Shown: in pieces, positions 38,526-52,177 of the stretch
Layout of the letters: each line of letters begins with the position of its first letter
How positions within the stretch are numbered: the first letter of the stretch is position 1
NCBI RefSeq assembly: GCF_009834535.1
Contig: NC_045697.1
Location: 109,680,001 to 109,744,000, forward strand
Length of the DNA: 64,000 nt
DNA from: Camelus ferus
Lineage: Eukaryota
Direction: 5' to 3'
Translations under genes and position numbers: made by a program
Notes under the pieces: generated by a model
What the model was told of the DNA's origin: nothing
The model's database searches: none
What the model saw: the letters and a program-made list of their open reading frames with translations, nothing else

Positions 38526-41500
38526 ATTGACCATATTTGACCATGAACTCCCAAGTGACGGGAATCTTGCCTTCTCCCTCCTGGGCTGCCAAAGTCTAGC
38601 ACCATACCTAGCACATAGTAAGCACTCCATACTCAAATGAACCCCAATGCAATAAACGGAGATGCATCTCTTTACTCTTTGGGCTCTCCTGTTGGAAGCC
38701 AAAGCAGGACTGGATGAAAAACTTTGGGGGGATATGAGAGAACAGCTTCACGAGGGTGCCTGGGAGCACCAGTGCTTTTGCTGCTTTGAAAGGGAGGTGA
38801 TATTCCGTGTGCTTGAGCACCTGATCCCATCAGGTAGGTCTTCAGTGTGGGGCTGTCTTTTGAGTTTTCGTACTTAGCAGTTAACACACTGACTCTTCAC
38901 TACAGTTGAAGGGCATTCGTATTGGAAGTAGGTGCTGACTCTACTGTGATGATTTCTTCTTTCCAAACAGCTAGGGGCAGATAATTGCAGCCATTTGATA
39001 AAGCCAACAGATTCGCTCTACATGCTTCAGTGAACTGCTCTTCTCACTCTGTGTAGACAAATGTTATTGATTTATGAACTTTGGGCAGGTTATTATATTC
39101 TAGATGAATTATATTCAATGAGGCATCCTCTTTTATTATTATTAGTTCTTTGCCCTTCCCATTTATGATATTTATAAACTCTTGGATGGCCTCAGTTCTT
39201 ACTTAGCAGCAGAAGATTCGTCCTACTTTGACTAATGATGCATCGCTTGGTATCACCCACCAATGACTGCTCAGTTGGTGGAACCTGTATCTGGCTTCCC
39301 TGTTTCTTGTTATGTATATTTTTTCCTAATGTCACAGGTGTCCTTGTCGGGTGTGCACTTACATTGTCTGCATTTGCCTCTGTTCTGATGTTCTTTCCTA
39401 CATTTGCCATGTTGCTATTTATTTTGAAAAGTCAGTTGTTACACATACGTCTACTTCCATAAAATAAATATTTCAATGCATGTGTTATTTCCAGATTCAC
39501 TACTGATTTTTTCATTTGGACATAGTGAGATGAATGTGGAAGATAAAGATTGTCCTTATTTAGCATAATACAGTTGTGATCACTCTCCTTGGCCTTTGAG
39601 TGTCACACACTGAGGATAAGGAAACAGTCCTCTAGAACTGAAAATAAGGCACAAGGACCTTCACACACTGCATTACTGCTTTAAGCCATGAGAAGTTGTG
39701 TTAATGATGAAGAGAAAGGCTGGCAGCCATGGGAAAACCTCACCTGTTATTCATGCAGGTAGTTATAGCACAGTTTCAGGATTGTATCCTGCGTGGCTTG
39801 TGGTTCACGGACCACACTGCCTAATCCCTGGGACCACAAGCGACATCTGTGAATCCACTGTGAGTTCCTAAGCCAAAGCCACAGGCAAAGAGACCATTGT
39901 TGATGGGCAGATCGTTACACAAATTAGCAGATGAAATTTATTTTAATGTAGAGGAAGCTTTATGTTGGGGGTCGGTATCCGAAAATGATATTAATTTCCA
40001 TAAGCACTTTACGAGATTAAAAAATGAAACAAACCTCACAATGGATGTGAAAATAACATAATTATGAAACATAAATCTAGTGGCAAGCTGGTAAAGCTAC
40101 AACAGTGGAATCCCATTGACAAAGAAATAAGAAACCCTCAACAGAAATATTAAAGTACATAAGTAATCTTACTTTAGGGAATAAACAATGAATGATGACC
40201 AATGTTTTATTCAACAGAACTAAATAGGGTTAAAATAACCATTTGAAATTCCTTCTCCAAATGGAACTGACCTGGCTCTCTGACTTTCAGAAAATACTCT
40301 GAACAATGCCTGCCTCATTTTTTTCCCCTGATTTGTACATTTCTGACATTTTACATCTTTATCGCTATACAAGATACGTGAACCAAATGTGTATGTTTTT
40401 CTTAGTGAGAGCCGATAACATGGTAGTTTTCATATGAGAAGGGTGATTGTCAAAGTTTTGCAAGTGTGGAGCCCTGTTGGATTTATTTAGCTGTTGGTGG
40501 AGGTGAGGGTGTGTGGTTGGTGGTGGGGAGGTTGTCATCAAGACAAAGAATAGACACTTTTTTCCTATGATCTCCTTGTTAAATCTTGTTTTTGTTATAT
40601 AACTGATTACTGACCTTCAACCTGTGTTCTTGAGACCCCTGGCTGTTGGTTACCAGGCTCCTGTGAGGAGTTCTTGGGGTGGCCCAGATCTTTTCTGTGA
40701 TAGTTAAGTACTGTTACCCCATGAGCCTTGTAAGAAACTTGTAGCTCCCCGACCCAGTGGACTGATAAGTCCATTCCCCTACTCTGTCATAAAAGGAGAT
40801 GATTTGGGGACAGTTTCAAAGACAAGACGCTGCCAAGATTAGGCCTCCCAGTGAGTTACCTCACTCTTGAGAAATTTCAGCAAGTTATTAGACAATTGCA
40901 TTTTTTTTTTCACAAGGATAATTTCAATTCTCCATTCCTGGACTGTTCTACACACGTTACTTGGGGATGTCACTTTTTGCATAGGCTTATGTGTGCCGGT
41001 CACGGCACTTGTGACAAGCTGAACTGAGCGACAGCCTGGAGTGATAAACACAAATAGATCCAACCAAATTTGGTTTCAGGGTCTACAAAACATTTCACTG
41101 ACCTTAACTTTCCAGGAGAAGCAAATATTCCAATTACTTTAGAATCTAAAAAGATTTGTGAATCATCTTCTAACGTCCTTTGGGTTGGCTTTAGGCGGCT
41201 GGGAAGGTGACCAGATGGTTGTATTGCATAGAGAATTTATATTCTTCCTTGATGACCAACTCACCTCTGGGCTCCTGGGAGCAGTTTCCAGTGGAATGGA
41301 GAGCAGAGAGAATCATAATTACGTCTCAGCCCTGGTTCATCACCCAACAGGGACCTGTATTTCTACATATGCCCTTATAAATCTTTTAGCTAAATCAGGG
41401 CTCAAATGTAAAACCCAGTTCCCTAGGGAACTTTTTAATATAAACTAAAGTCTGGTTGAGGCTGATTTTTTTTTTAACTTTGTGAAAAGTGTTTACTCAT

Positions 41501-43364
41501 GATAGTTACAGATTTAGTACAAAGTCTTATTTATTTTGCATGACACTAAAAACAAAAACAAGAACCTCCTAAATGAACAAAAAACAGAAACATCCCTAGA
41601 ACACCTTATAATGTATAGATAAAATTCCACTTAAATTTATACCTATGAAAATAGAGTTTAGAAGCTGGTAGAATATTCAGAGAAAGCATAATATTTCTGG
41701 ACAATGCCACTGTCATCACTTTGCTTGGTTTTGCTTGTCAGCTCAATGATGTTTTTCTTATAGTGCAGCCCATAAGGGGATTAAGTAATGGAAATACGAC
41801 AGACTTGCCCTTTCTGATTGTTCTTATGTCCTGTGATAACCATAAAGCCTCATACGGATTCAGCTGGGTTCAGTACAGGTTAAATGCTGAGTAAGCAGTG
41901 TTCTAGAGTTAATCTTCTAAGGAGTTCTACCTTGATGTTCTGACTGCCCTCAAAGGAAGAGATTCTGTCTGGTCAGCAGCCTGGGAGCCAAGCGCTTCTT
42001 TAAAATCTGGATTGACTGATGCTGCTACAAGTCAAAATCCAGACAGAGTGATAAATTACTCATAAATGAAAAGAGAGGAAACTATTGCAGTGATGGTCAC
42101 TGGCTACGATCACGGTAATTCCAGTTCTATAGCTGTTCTTTGAGCTACAGATTTTTTTTTATATTGAGCATTTTATTTTGAATTTGAACCTCTGAATTTG
42201 AATGGCAGAGTAAGTTATTGGAAGCTGTTAGAAAAACAATCCTGTCTGGAAATGAACCTTGGGATCTCTACAAAGAAATAATAGAAAACCCAAGGACCAT
42301 TAAATGCCATGTGAACTATCGGGAAAAATAGCTTGCATTTTCTGGAGGAAAGGTGACTTTCTGTATTTATGTAATCATTTCAATTATGATTCTGCTTATT
42401 AGCTATAAATCCCAGAAGTCATGAGGTTAATAGGAACCTTTCCAAAGACATCCATTAAACTTAGGGAATAAGGTCATACATTTGCAGAATTCAAGATTTA
42501 TTGGGACGGGTATCTGTCTCATGTTAAAGACTTTGTAGGAACACTGGCTCCTGGCACACACTCTCCTGGCATCTGTATTTCTGTCTGTGTTAAATTCTGC
42601 TTATTCCTCAAGCTAGCAGAAGCTATTTAAGCCCTAAGGAATGGGTACCTCCTACATCCGGCATCATGTAAGCAGTAAGTCACGTGTTCCATTTACCTAA
42701 TTAAGAAACGGCTTCAGCAAGCAAGCTTGTACTCTTAGTGAGATGCTTTTGTATTTCACTACATTACTTATGTTGGAGTAAATTTTTTTGTCTGTGTGTT
42801 TTTACTGATTTACTTTCAATTTCTAGCTTTTAATTCAATTCAGTTCAAAATTTATTTGCTGTTTTCAATATGTGCTAGGAACCATGTGCAGAAGACTGTA
42901 GAGTGCTGTAAATAAGACAGAAGAAATACAAGTAAATAATTAGCATAGGAAAAATTTTAATCTCAGGAGTAATCAATAAATATACATTAAAGGATGATTT
43001 TTTCCCCCCATTCTATTATCCAAGATTGAGAAAAAAGAATGTTGGTGAGGCAATGAAGCTGAGGTCTTTGTGATGCTGCACTGGGGGTGAGTGTCATAAG
43101 AGAGAGACAAACTAAAAGCCCCCCAGGGGAGGACCAAGGTTGGAAACAGCAGGGAAATTTTCTGGAAGGATTTTGGAGAAGAGATGGAATTTAAAGGACA
43201 GATAGAGGAGGACAGAGACGGAAGGCAGGGCACAGAGCCTGATGATGAGTGGTACTTTTTCATCTCACCCTGTTTTGAAGGTTTATCCATCCTGGAGCAG
43301 GAGCTCTATCTCATTCGCTTTAGTGTTTTTACAATTTTCCTTTGGATGAATATGTAATTTATTT

Positions 43365-44130
43365 TACCATCCTCCTACTGATGGACAATTAACTTGCTTC
43401 CAAATTTTGTTGTCACAAACCAAGCTATTGTGAACACCTTCGCATGTATTTTCTCTTGCACGTTGGAGAGAGTGTTTCCAAGATACATACTTGAGGGTAG
43501 GATTGCCAAGTTGTGGGGGGATGCACTAGTCCAAATTGCTCTCCAAGTGTCTGTACCAATTGGAACTCCCATTAGCGATGCTGGAATTTTCCAGCGCCCT
43601 TATATTTAGTATTGATACGCATACATTTTTACCAATTTGGTGGATGTGAATGAGTATCACATTAATTTTTTTTTAACTCCCTGGTAACAAGTGAGACTCC
43701 ACACACACTTTGTACATTTACGGGCTGTTCAGATTTCTTTTTGAGCAAATTGCCTCTTTTCCCTGTTTTCAATTTTTTGTCTTTTCTGTTTCTTTAAAGG
43801 ATTTAGATCTTCTTTATATATTCTGGATGTCATGTTTTTAAAAAAAATCAATGAAACGAATTGCAAGTATCTTCACTTTCTCTGGGTCTTGTCTTTTTAA
43901 CTTTTATTGTTGTCTCATTTCATCTAGAGGTAATTTTAGTTTATGCAAAATTATCATTCTTTGATCTTTGGTTTATGTTTTGTATGGCTCATTTAAGAGA
44001 CCCATAACATTCTGTACAGAAATCTTGCTTTTCATAGCCTTTAATTAACTTAGAATTGATTTTTGTGTATGGTCTGAGATAGTGTTGTAGGTAGTACATT
44101 TTTCCCCCAAAAGGACAGCCAACTCTCTAA
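43365..44130 (-). mobile_element. Old L1 (L1ME-like) fragment
   Basis: cctactgatggacaattaacttgcttccaaatttt...tctttatatattctggat...gaattgatttttgtgtatggtctgagat. Confidence 0.65.
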
Positions 44131-44569
44131 GTTGATAAATAACTGTTTTTGTATCTTATTTTTGTGTATTTATCACATCCCAGGCAACTCTGCACAGACT
44201 CCAGAAAACAAAAATTGTGGAAATCCTCTCAATAGCAATGTGTGTCCAAGCATCCCCATGGTCACGGGTGTTCCAGAAGCAGCTAAAAACTGGTGACTTC
44301 GGATCTGATTGAGTTTGAATTCAGGCTCTCTCACTTATAAACAAAGTAGGGTAAAAAGAATGGTAACAGAATGAATCAATTTGAAAAATTTGGTATTGAA
44401 ATAAATATAACTGGACAGGAGTTTGGGATTGAAATAGGAACTGTCCATATCAATTTGAAATGGTTGGACGAGCTGGAATATAAGACTCTCACTGGACTCT
44501 AGAAATATTGGAATGAAATGAAAAGGACCCTTAATAACACCACCCTCAAGAGCTTGGACTAAATAAGTT

Positions 44570-44687
44570 GAACAAAAGAATATGAAAATGAATGTACGTA
44601 TATCTATATGCATGACTGGGACATTGTGCTGTACAACCAGAAACTGACACATTGTAGCTGACTATACATCAATTAAAAAAAACAAAC
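44570..44687 (+). mobile_element. Short L1 3'-end fragment
   Basis: aaaagaatatgaaaatgaat...ccagaaactgacacattgtagctgactatacatcaatt + A tail. Confidence 0.8.
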
Positions 44688-44749
44688 AATTTCAGTGAGG
44701 AGTAAAGAATGTGAAAACCATTTATTCTTGGGAAAAGAACCATCTGCAA

Positions 44750-45180
44750 ATAGCACCAGGACCTCGCTCCCTCCACCCTGTTCCCAATTGGCTTTTCCCC
44801 TTGCCTTCCCCTTTTAAAGATGCTGACATGCTCAACACTCACCTTTCTTGAACACTTTCTGCCTGGTGTGGTCATGTGGGTCAGCCCTGGCCAGTGATGT
44901 AGGTGTCCAGCACTCCTTTCCAGGCAAAAAGACCAAGCTGTTAGCCCTCTCACTGTCCTGCTTCCTGAAAACTGGATATGGCATCTGGAAGCACAGTGGC
45001 CATCTTGTGACCCCGAGGACAGAGACTTGTGGCATTCTGAGCTCCTCTGCCAGCCTGGTGTTTCTAGTCTTAGACTTTTTGTGCCCAGAGACAAATAAAC
45101 CCATCTCTGTATAAAGCCTTGCAGTGAAAGTTTTTATTTTTTACATTTATTTATAGCTAAACACATGTCTATCTGATACA
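44750..45180 (+). mobile_element. MLT1-type LTR relic
   Basis: ggccatcttgtgacc...agacaaataaacccatct...tttatagctaaacacatgtctatctgataca. Confidence 0.55.
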
Positions 45181-47464
45181 GCTTTAATACCTCATTCATT
45201 CAACATTGGTTATCACTGAAGATACTTAAAGTAATGAGTGTGTGTTACTGGGGAGACAGAGTACAACAGAGGAAGGGAAGGAGAAGACAGCACAGTTCCT
45301 TGTGCATCCAGAATTTAATTTCTAGTAACAGGAATAAGACATGACTATGGATTGAGAGGCAGTTTATGTTAAGTGTCCCATGTGCTAACAGTTGGTCCCA
45401 AGTTTTCATCAGATGATCTTCTATAAGCATCTGAGATTCATTGTGGCAGCTTGGGTACCATGTGAACATTTTTGTGCATCAAATACTTGGTCCTAAGAGC
45501 ATGTGTCATGCTCTTAGTTCCTAAAGTCACATTATAAATAGCCACAGGATTATTTTGTAGATGAGATGTCCAATCGTGTATTTTCTACTACAAAACACTC
45601 CATATAAAGTTTCTTTTGGAGCTATGACATTCGATTCAAGAGACATAAGCATTCCAATCCACCTGTTATAGCCACAGGATGGTCTCTGTTCTAATACAGC
45701 TGCCACTCTGTGTCACCAACCTGTGCAGGCAATGCATGGGGGACAGGGAGGCAGAGAAAAGCCCGCTTACAGCCAAGGGGCAGAGTCAGGATGTAAACTC
45801 TTGGCAGCTTGTTTTTTTGCATCCTGGTATCCCCCATCATGACTAATTTCTTATTTGCTAGTTTCAGGAGCTCAAAAAATGTTTGCTCTTTCTGATTTCA
45901 TGTAGTTTCATTTTCTGGCCATAATTTGGTCTAGTGCATACCAAGATGGAATCTGACTTCTTGAATTACTGGTCAGTCTTAGGTTTAGAGCTGGCAGTAA
46001 ACGTTCTATCCAGTTTCTGGTTCCCTGACCCAGACGAATGAACTCCCGGCAAGGACGGTCCATGCCACCTACTTTCCCACGGAGTGCCCTTCAGTTCTGG
46101 TCAAGGGCTGAAGACAGGGTGGCAGGGGGAGTGGCATGGGTAAAGGCATGGCTACAGGGAGCCGTGGTCTTCCTTAGCCAAAAGAACCTCCAGGAGGATG
46201 TGTTGGGAGGCACTTAGGATCATCAGTCCTCCTTGGATTTCATTAGTGTGTCTGTGAGGCTGTTATCAAGGGCTTTGCTGCGATCCTGGTCATGGCCTTG
46301 AATGTGTGGTTCTTGACCCAGGCTGCCCCATCGTCTGTCCCTGGCACTTTCCATCTGACCAGGCTTGGGATGAGGCTATAGAAGAAGCAGTGGAAAGAAT
46401 CAGGGTGCAGGACTGAGGCTGGGGAAAGCCTGCCAACTCATTTCTACAGGGCTGAAATATCTTCCCTTGGAAAACCCTCCCACTAAGACTTCCACGCCAT
46501 CCTCTGCTAAGCTTTTCAGACCAAGATGGTTTAACTTTGGGAACAGGATGCCACGGGTCTTGAGGCTTTGATCTCTAGCTTGTGGAAACACACACTGGGA
46601 TGATGTGGTTTTAGCCTGCTTGGCTTTTCCCACCTCTTTTTGGAACGTGAACCTTCTTGATTAAAAAATGCCATGCTTATGAGATAGAAAGTTGGTGATA
46701 AAGGTTTTTATTCCATATAAAGTCATTTAAACTGTTTTTGTTTGTTTCAGAGGTTGCTCAGTCCATCTGTGATTGTTTCAGTGCAGCTTTCCTTGATGTA
46801 AACAGAAAGGCTTTAAAAATTGGATGAATGCCAGTGTGGGTGAACATTAGAATTGGCTCATGTTGAAGTTCACACTGACCTCAGAGTGCAAGTTTATCTT
46901 TTGAGGTTGCTTTGACTTTGGGGAGGCTAGATATTGGAAATTTCCATGGAGAATACTGCTTGGCTGACTTGTTTTTCTTCTCTGTGATGTTCAAAGGAAA
47001 ATCTCCCTAACCAGAAGGCTCACTCCTCAGTCAAAGTGGGGATCCTGTCTGCAGTATTGCTGGCCGCACAATCTCAAGTTCAGTCGATCCAGCACCCAGC
47101 CCTGGGCTGGGAATTAAGTGTTTCTCTTGTTTTCCAGGTGATGTATCTGAAATCCCAAGAGGGCCAAACAGCTGAGCCAAATCACTGGGAAATGAGGCTG
47201 ATGGTGGTGTGCAGATGCAGTGGTGTGGAGTAGGGTTCCAGAATTCCTGATTCTCAATTCAAGTCCACAGACCCCTATTGCAAAGCTGGCTGTGTCAGCT
47301 TTTCTAGTGTTCTTGATGCTGATCTGTAAGAATCTGAGACTGAGGACCATGCTGGATGGTGAGGGAGACAAAGCTCTTCTTGCTACTCTCTCCTCTGTTT
47401 GCTACTTTCTCTACTCCCAGGGCTACCCCTTGTCTTTCAAAATCTCTATATTAAAATATCAAAG

Positions 47465-47778
47465 AGAAGGGAAGGGTATAGCTCAGTGGTAGAGTGCATG
47501 CCTAGCATGCATGAGGTCCTGGGTTCAATCCCCAGTACCTCCATTAAAGAAGGAAAGAAACCTAATTATCTCCCTCCCCCAAAGCCCCCCACGAAACAGA
47601 GATTTTGGTCCCACTTTACCTATGCATGTAGTTTCAAAATTCCTAGTGAAATATTACTCAATTAATTCTACAATGTTAAATATATCTAATACACAAAGTG
47701 CATTAAGTTAATTAATTAGTTAAATGTATTCAGTGAAATAATAGAATAAAGAAATAAATGTATTTAAAAAATAAAAAT
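47465..47778 (+). mobile_element. Camelid SINE (Vic-1-like) with a unique 3' extension
   Basis: GGGAAGGGTATAGCTCAGTGGTAGAGTGCATGCC...GGTTCAATCCCC; TSD AAAATATCAAAG at 47453-47464 and 47779-47790. Confidence 0.88.
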
Positions 47779-48389
47779 AAAATATCAAAGGAAAATGTCC
47801 CTATTTTTTCCTCCAAGACTTGAGTCCAGTTGTCTTCCATGGCTTCTTCATTGACCTGTTCTTTAGTAATCTCCTCTCTTTACTGGATTTCTAATCTCTC
47901 CTTCCCTCTGGGTCTTCCCTGCAGTTTATAAACATATTCAGATCCCTCCTATATTAAGGAAGAAACCTTTATTCTGCATCCCACTGTCCTTTCATTCTTT
48001 CACAGCATAGCTTCTTGAAAAAGTTGCCTACACTTTGTTTTTTTCATTTTTTAAAAAATCAAAATATATTCAACATTCAAAACACTGTGTGAGTTTAAGG
48101 TGTATAACATGTTGATTTGGTACATTTATTTTTGCACTATGATTGCCATCGTAGTGCTAGCATCTACACTTATTTTTCCCACTTCGTCCTTTCTAATTCA
48201 TGTGAAGCCCACTGCAATCCTTGCCTTAACGGTTCTGTTCAAGGTCATCACGATATCCTAATTATCAAGTGGAGCAGATTCAGTTTTGGGGTCTCCGTAT
48301 TTGACTTCTCTATGATATTTAACAGTTTATCCCTCAACTTTTGGGGGGGTTCATGAAGATCAATTATAACTTTTAAGGTCATTTTTAGC

Positions 48390-48697
48390 ATTTTTTCTTT
48401 TATTGAAGTATAGTCAGCTTATAATGTGTCAATTTCTGGTGTACATCATAATGTCTCAGACATACATATACAAATATATATATTCATTTTCATATTCTTT
48501 TTCATTATAGGTTACTACGAGATATTCAGTGTAGTTCCCTGTGTTATATAAAAGAAATGTGTTATCTATTTTGTATGTAGTAGTTAGCATTTGCAAATCT
48601 TCATCTCCCATTTTTATCTCTTCCCACCCCCTTTCCCCCTGGTAACCATAAGTTTGCTTACTATGTCTGTGAGTCTGTTTCTTTTTTGTAGATAATA
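48390..48697 (-). mobile_element. Young L1 3'-end fragment
   Basis: tattgaagtatagtcagcttataatgtgtcaatttctggtgtac...ggtaaccataagtttg. Confidence 0.88.
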
Positions 48698-48777
48698 GGA
48701 TCTTTTTCTATGTTAAGCTTTATCAGCACACATATTAATTGAACTTAAGTTATTAAACCCTAGTCTTAAGAAAATAA

Positions 48778-49612
48778 TTAATAGAGATTTTTGAGCAGTT
48801 TTGGGCTTATAGAAAATCCGAGTGGAAAGTACACAGAGAGTTCCCATATACCTCTTTTCTCCGTCTCAGTTTTCACATCTTGCATTAGTGTGGTATGTGT
48901 GTCACAAATGAGGAGCCAAAGTTGATACATTATTAACCTAAGTGCATAGCTTACATTGGGGCTCACTCTGTGTTGTACAGTTGTGTGGGTTTTGATAAAT
49001 GGCTAATGTCGTGTATCCTCTGTTACAACATCACACAGAATAGTTTCACTGCCCACCCCCCCAATCTCCTCTGTTCTACCTGTTGATTCCTCCCCCCAAC
49101 CCAGATCCTGGCAACCATTAATCTTTTCACTGCATAGTTTTGCCTTTTCAGAATGTCTTAGCCTTGGAGTCGCACCGTGTGAGCCTTTTCAGATTGGCTT
49201 CTTTCACTTAGCAATATGCACTTAAGTGTCCTTCATGTCTTTCTGTGGCTTGAGAGCTCATTTTTTCATTATCCCTGAGTAATGTCCCATTGTCTGGATG
49301 CACTACAGTTTGTTCGTCCATTCTCCTGTTGAAGGACATTGCCGTTGCTTCAAGTTTTGGCCATTATGAATAAAGCTGCTTCAGAGGAGCCAAGCTGCCA
49401 GAGCAGAAGGACGCATAGCTCATCCTCTCCCACAAATGCAGCAAAAACTGCATCGACATATGGTGCAATTCTCACAGTGTAGCTACTGAACTTTGGCAGA
49501 GTATCTCTTACAACCGGAAATGCAAGGAAATCCTCCCAAAACCAGGTAGGAAGAAAAAAAATGAATAAAATTGCTAGATACATCCATGCGCAGGTTTTCT
49601 GCTCGTTTGGGT
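48778..49612 (-). mobile_element. Old L1 (L1MC-like) 3' region, interrupted at 49381-49560
   Basis: tttttgagcagttttgggcttatagaaaat...agagagttcccatatacc...cagaatagtttcactgccc...ccattatgaataaagctgct; continues as acatccatgcgcaggtttt. Confidence 0.8.
49381..49560 (+). mobile_element. Probable isolated L1 5'-UTR fragment with A-tail and TSD
   Basis: gaggagccaagctgccagagcagaaggacgcatagctcatcctctcccacaaat resembles laurasiatherian L1 5' termini (caagatggcggagtagaaggacg...ctcctcccacaaatac). Flanks are ATGAATAAAGCTGCT / ATGAATAAAATTGCT. Confidence 0.7.
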
Positions 49613-50076
49613 AATGATCCCTCAGTTTCTCGAAAGCCTGTCCTTCCTGACTTTCAGGGCACCCTTCTCCTTTGAGTCCTACTCTTTGATTATCCCTTCC
49701 TGTTTCCCTTTGCTGTCGCCTCTTCTGCCGGCCTCTTAAATGGTGGCGTTTCCCTGGTCCTGTGTTGGGCTTTCTCCTAGTTTCAGTGTATCACACACGT
49801 TTCCTACACCATCTCATCCACTCCCAGGACTCCAGTCCTCACCTTGCAGATGCACCCTACACCTGTATTTCCAGCCAGATCTTTCTCTTGAACCCCAGAC
49901 CCACGCATGCGCTTCACTTCTTGAAAGTCTCCTCTGCGGAGTTGTGGGCAGCGCCGCGGAGAGGAAGGACATCCAATTCTGGGGACTGTTTCTCATACGG
50001 AGGGAAAAGTGTTTCCATTTTTCTTTTACACATATTTGAGCCTTGGAGAGGCTTTTCTACCGTATTTCCTCTAATG

Positions 50077-50300
50077 CAGGGTTTCTCATTCTCAGCCTTA
50101 CTGACATTTTTGGGCAAGGTAATTTTCCTGTGGGGGAGGGGGCGGTGACATGGCTGTGTTTTGTAGGATTCAGCATCTCTGTCCTCTAGATGCCAGTAGT
50201 ACCCTCCTCTTCCTTCCAGATTGCGACAACCAGAAATGTCTCCAGATGTGTCCAAATGCCTCTGGTGGCCAAGGGAGTGGGGGTTGGAGGAGTGGATGGG
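50077..50300 (-). mobile_element. MER20 (hAT-Charlie) DNA transposon relic
   Basis: cagggtttctca...ctgacatttttgggc...ctagatgccagtag...gacaaccagaaatgtctccaga...ccaaatg resembles the reverse complement of MER20. Confidence 0.8.
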
Positions 50301-50337
50301 TAGGGGAGACTCATTCCCTCCACCCCCCAACTCCATG

Positions 50338-50754
50338 TGTGATAGAAAAGAACAAATCTGACTCCATATTAGATCTGTTCCTTTGGCTTTAACCCTGCAC
50401 CCTATTTTCTAGGCTTGGTCTTGCCAGCTCTGCACTCAGGTAAAGATAACAAGTTGCAGAATAGAGAGTAACATTTGTTTTGTTGGAGGTTTTGCAGGAG
50501 CACCTGTGAGGTGGCCCACGTGGACAGCTGCAGGAACAAAGAATTCCTACACCAAGAAGTTTGCAACAACCGACCCCCCCCCCCCTTTTTGGAGCCTGCA
50601 CTCTGACTAGGGGAGGATAGTGCTCCAAGACGGTCTGCCATCCTTTCAGTCTGCCTGCTTTCCAAATAAAGTTGCTGTTCCTTGCCCCAACACCTTGTCT
50701 CCCAATTTATTGGCGTGCCTTACAGCGAGCAGAACGAGTTTGGACTCGCTAACA
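50338..50754 (+). mobile_element. Solo ERV1-class LTR (417 bp)
   Basis: TGTGATAG...CTAACA termini, AATAAA at 50665-50670, near-TSD CATG/CATC. The 3' end gcagaacgagtttggactcgctaaca is MER41-like. Confidence 0.8.
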
Positions 50755-51479
50755 CATCTACGTGCTGATGGATACTCTTCCTACTGCTCTGCTTTTGTTC
50801 ACATTTCTGCTTCTTTCTGAATTGTCCTTTCTCGGGGTGAAAACCTGAGAAGCTTCTACTTATCCTTTAAGGCTTGGCTCACCTCGTTTACAAAGTCTTT
50901 TCTCACGTCCCTTTCCCTGCCCTTCTCCGTGGAGTCACCTCTTCCTGCTGCCTCACTGGCCTCCCGGGGTCACGGTGGGTGCTTGTCCACTTACCCATGT
51001 GACTCCCTTCTCTGCACGGTGAGCTGCCTGGGGCTGGGCCTCATGCTGTAGTGTTTGAGTCCCCAGGACTTCCACAGTGGGTGGCGATTCATGGGCCAAG
51101 GAATATTGTTAAATAAATGAACCATAATGGCCCCTTCTGGTCACAATCCTCTATGATAAATTCTCATAACACTGTGTGTAGCTCCTTCCAAGTGCTTATT
51201 ACAGTTACGATTTTTCTTTCTTTCTTTCTTTTTAAGAGTGATTATTAAATTAATGTCTTTCCCCATCACTGGGCAGACCATCAAAAGCTCCACGAAGGCA
51301 GAGGCTAGAGCTGTTTTTGGTCATCACTGAATCATGCAGTGCTTGGCACTTACTAGGTGCTCCGAACGTATCTGCAGAGTGAATAAATGGTCTCAGAAAA
51401 GAGTGGCCTTGGGAGGTTCAGTCTGGGCTTATTAAGAACAACAACAGTGACTACTAATGTTAGTTTAAAAAGTGTATTC

Positions 51480-51600
51480 ATAGATGTTCTCACTTAATAA
51501 TCACAAAAACCCTGGTGAAAAGATAATGCTTCTATTTTATAGATGAGAAAACTGAGGCAGCTTAGACAGATTAAACATCTTAAGATGTCACACCTCATCA
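51480..51600 (-). mobile_element. MIR relic
   Basis: ctattttatagatgagaaaactgaggcag. Confidence 0.65.
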
Positions 51601-52010
51601 TCACTGTATTATAAAATCTGGGCCTCATTATTTCTTGTCCACATAGCCAGATTTGGGGAAATGAGCAAATGTTTTAATGGCGTATTAAGTGAATGAGTAA
51701 CTCTGTGATCATTCTGATTTTCTTATGTACTGGTTCAGAGAACAAGCATGTTTATATCTATATGAGAAAAGGTCCCTGGAATTTATAGTAACTGCTTCTG
51801 GCCCTTACCAGCCCTGTAGTCACACAAACATTGTCTTTAATTTGTATCCCAGGGGCAGCCAGAGAGGGTTAACATGGGGAGTTTTATAGATCCAGTGGAC
51901 GCAAATACCAAATGGGAGAATTTTGATGTTTTGAAGAATAAAACACTTTCTCTGTATTAACTTACGATGTAAATGACTGACAATCTGAATGAGATAGAGG
52001 AGGCTTTGGC

Positions 52011-52177
52011 CAGTGGTTCTCAAGCTTTGTGGTTCATAGAGTCATCTGATAGAGCAACGACTAATACAGACCCATTAATTCCATCTTTTCTTACCACTAA
52101 AAACACGGGGATTACAACTTTTGTTTCTGTTAATCTGGAAGTAATGGAAATAATGGATTTACATGTCTGAGAACCTG
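52011..52177. mobile_element. hAT-Charlie-type MITE relic
   Basis: Terminal inverted repeats CAGTGGTTCTCA ... TGAGAACC-TG. Confidence 0.45.
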
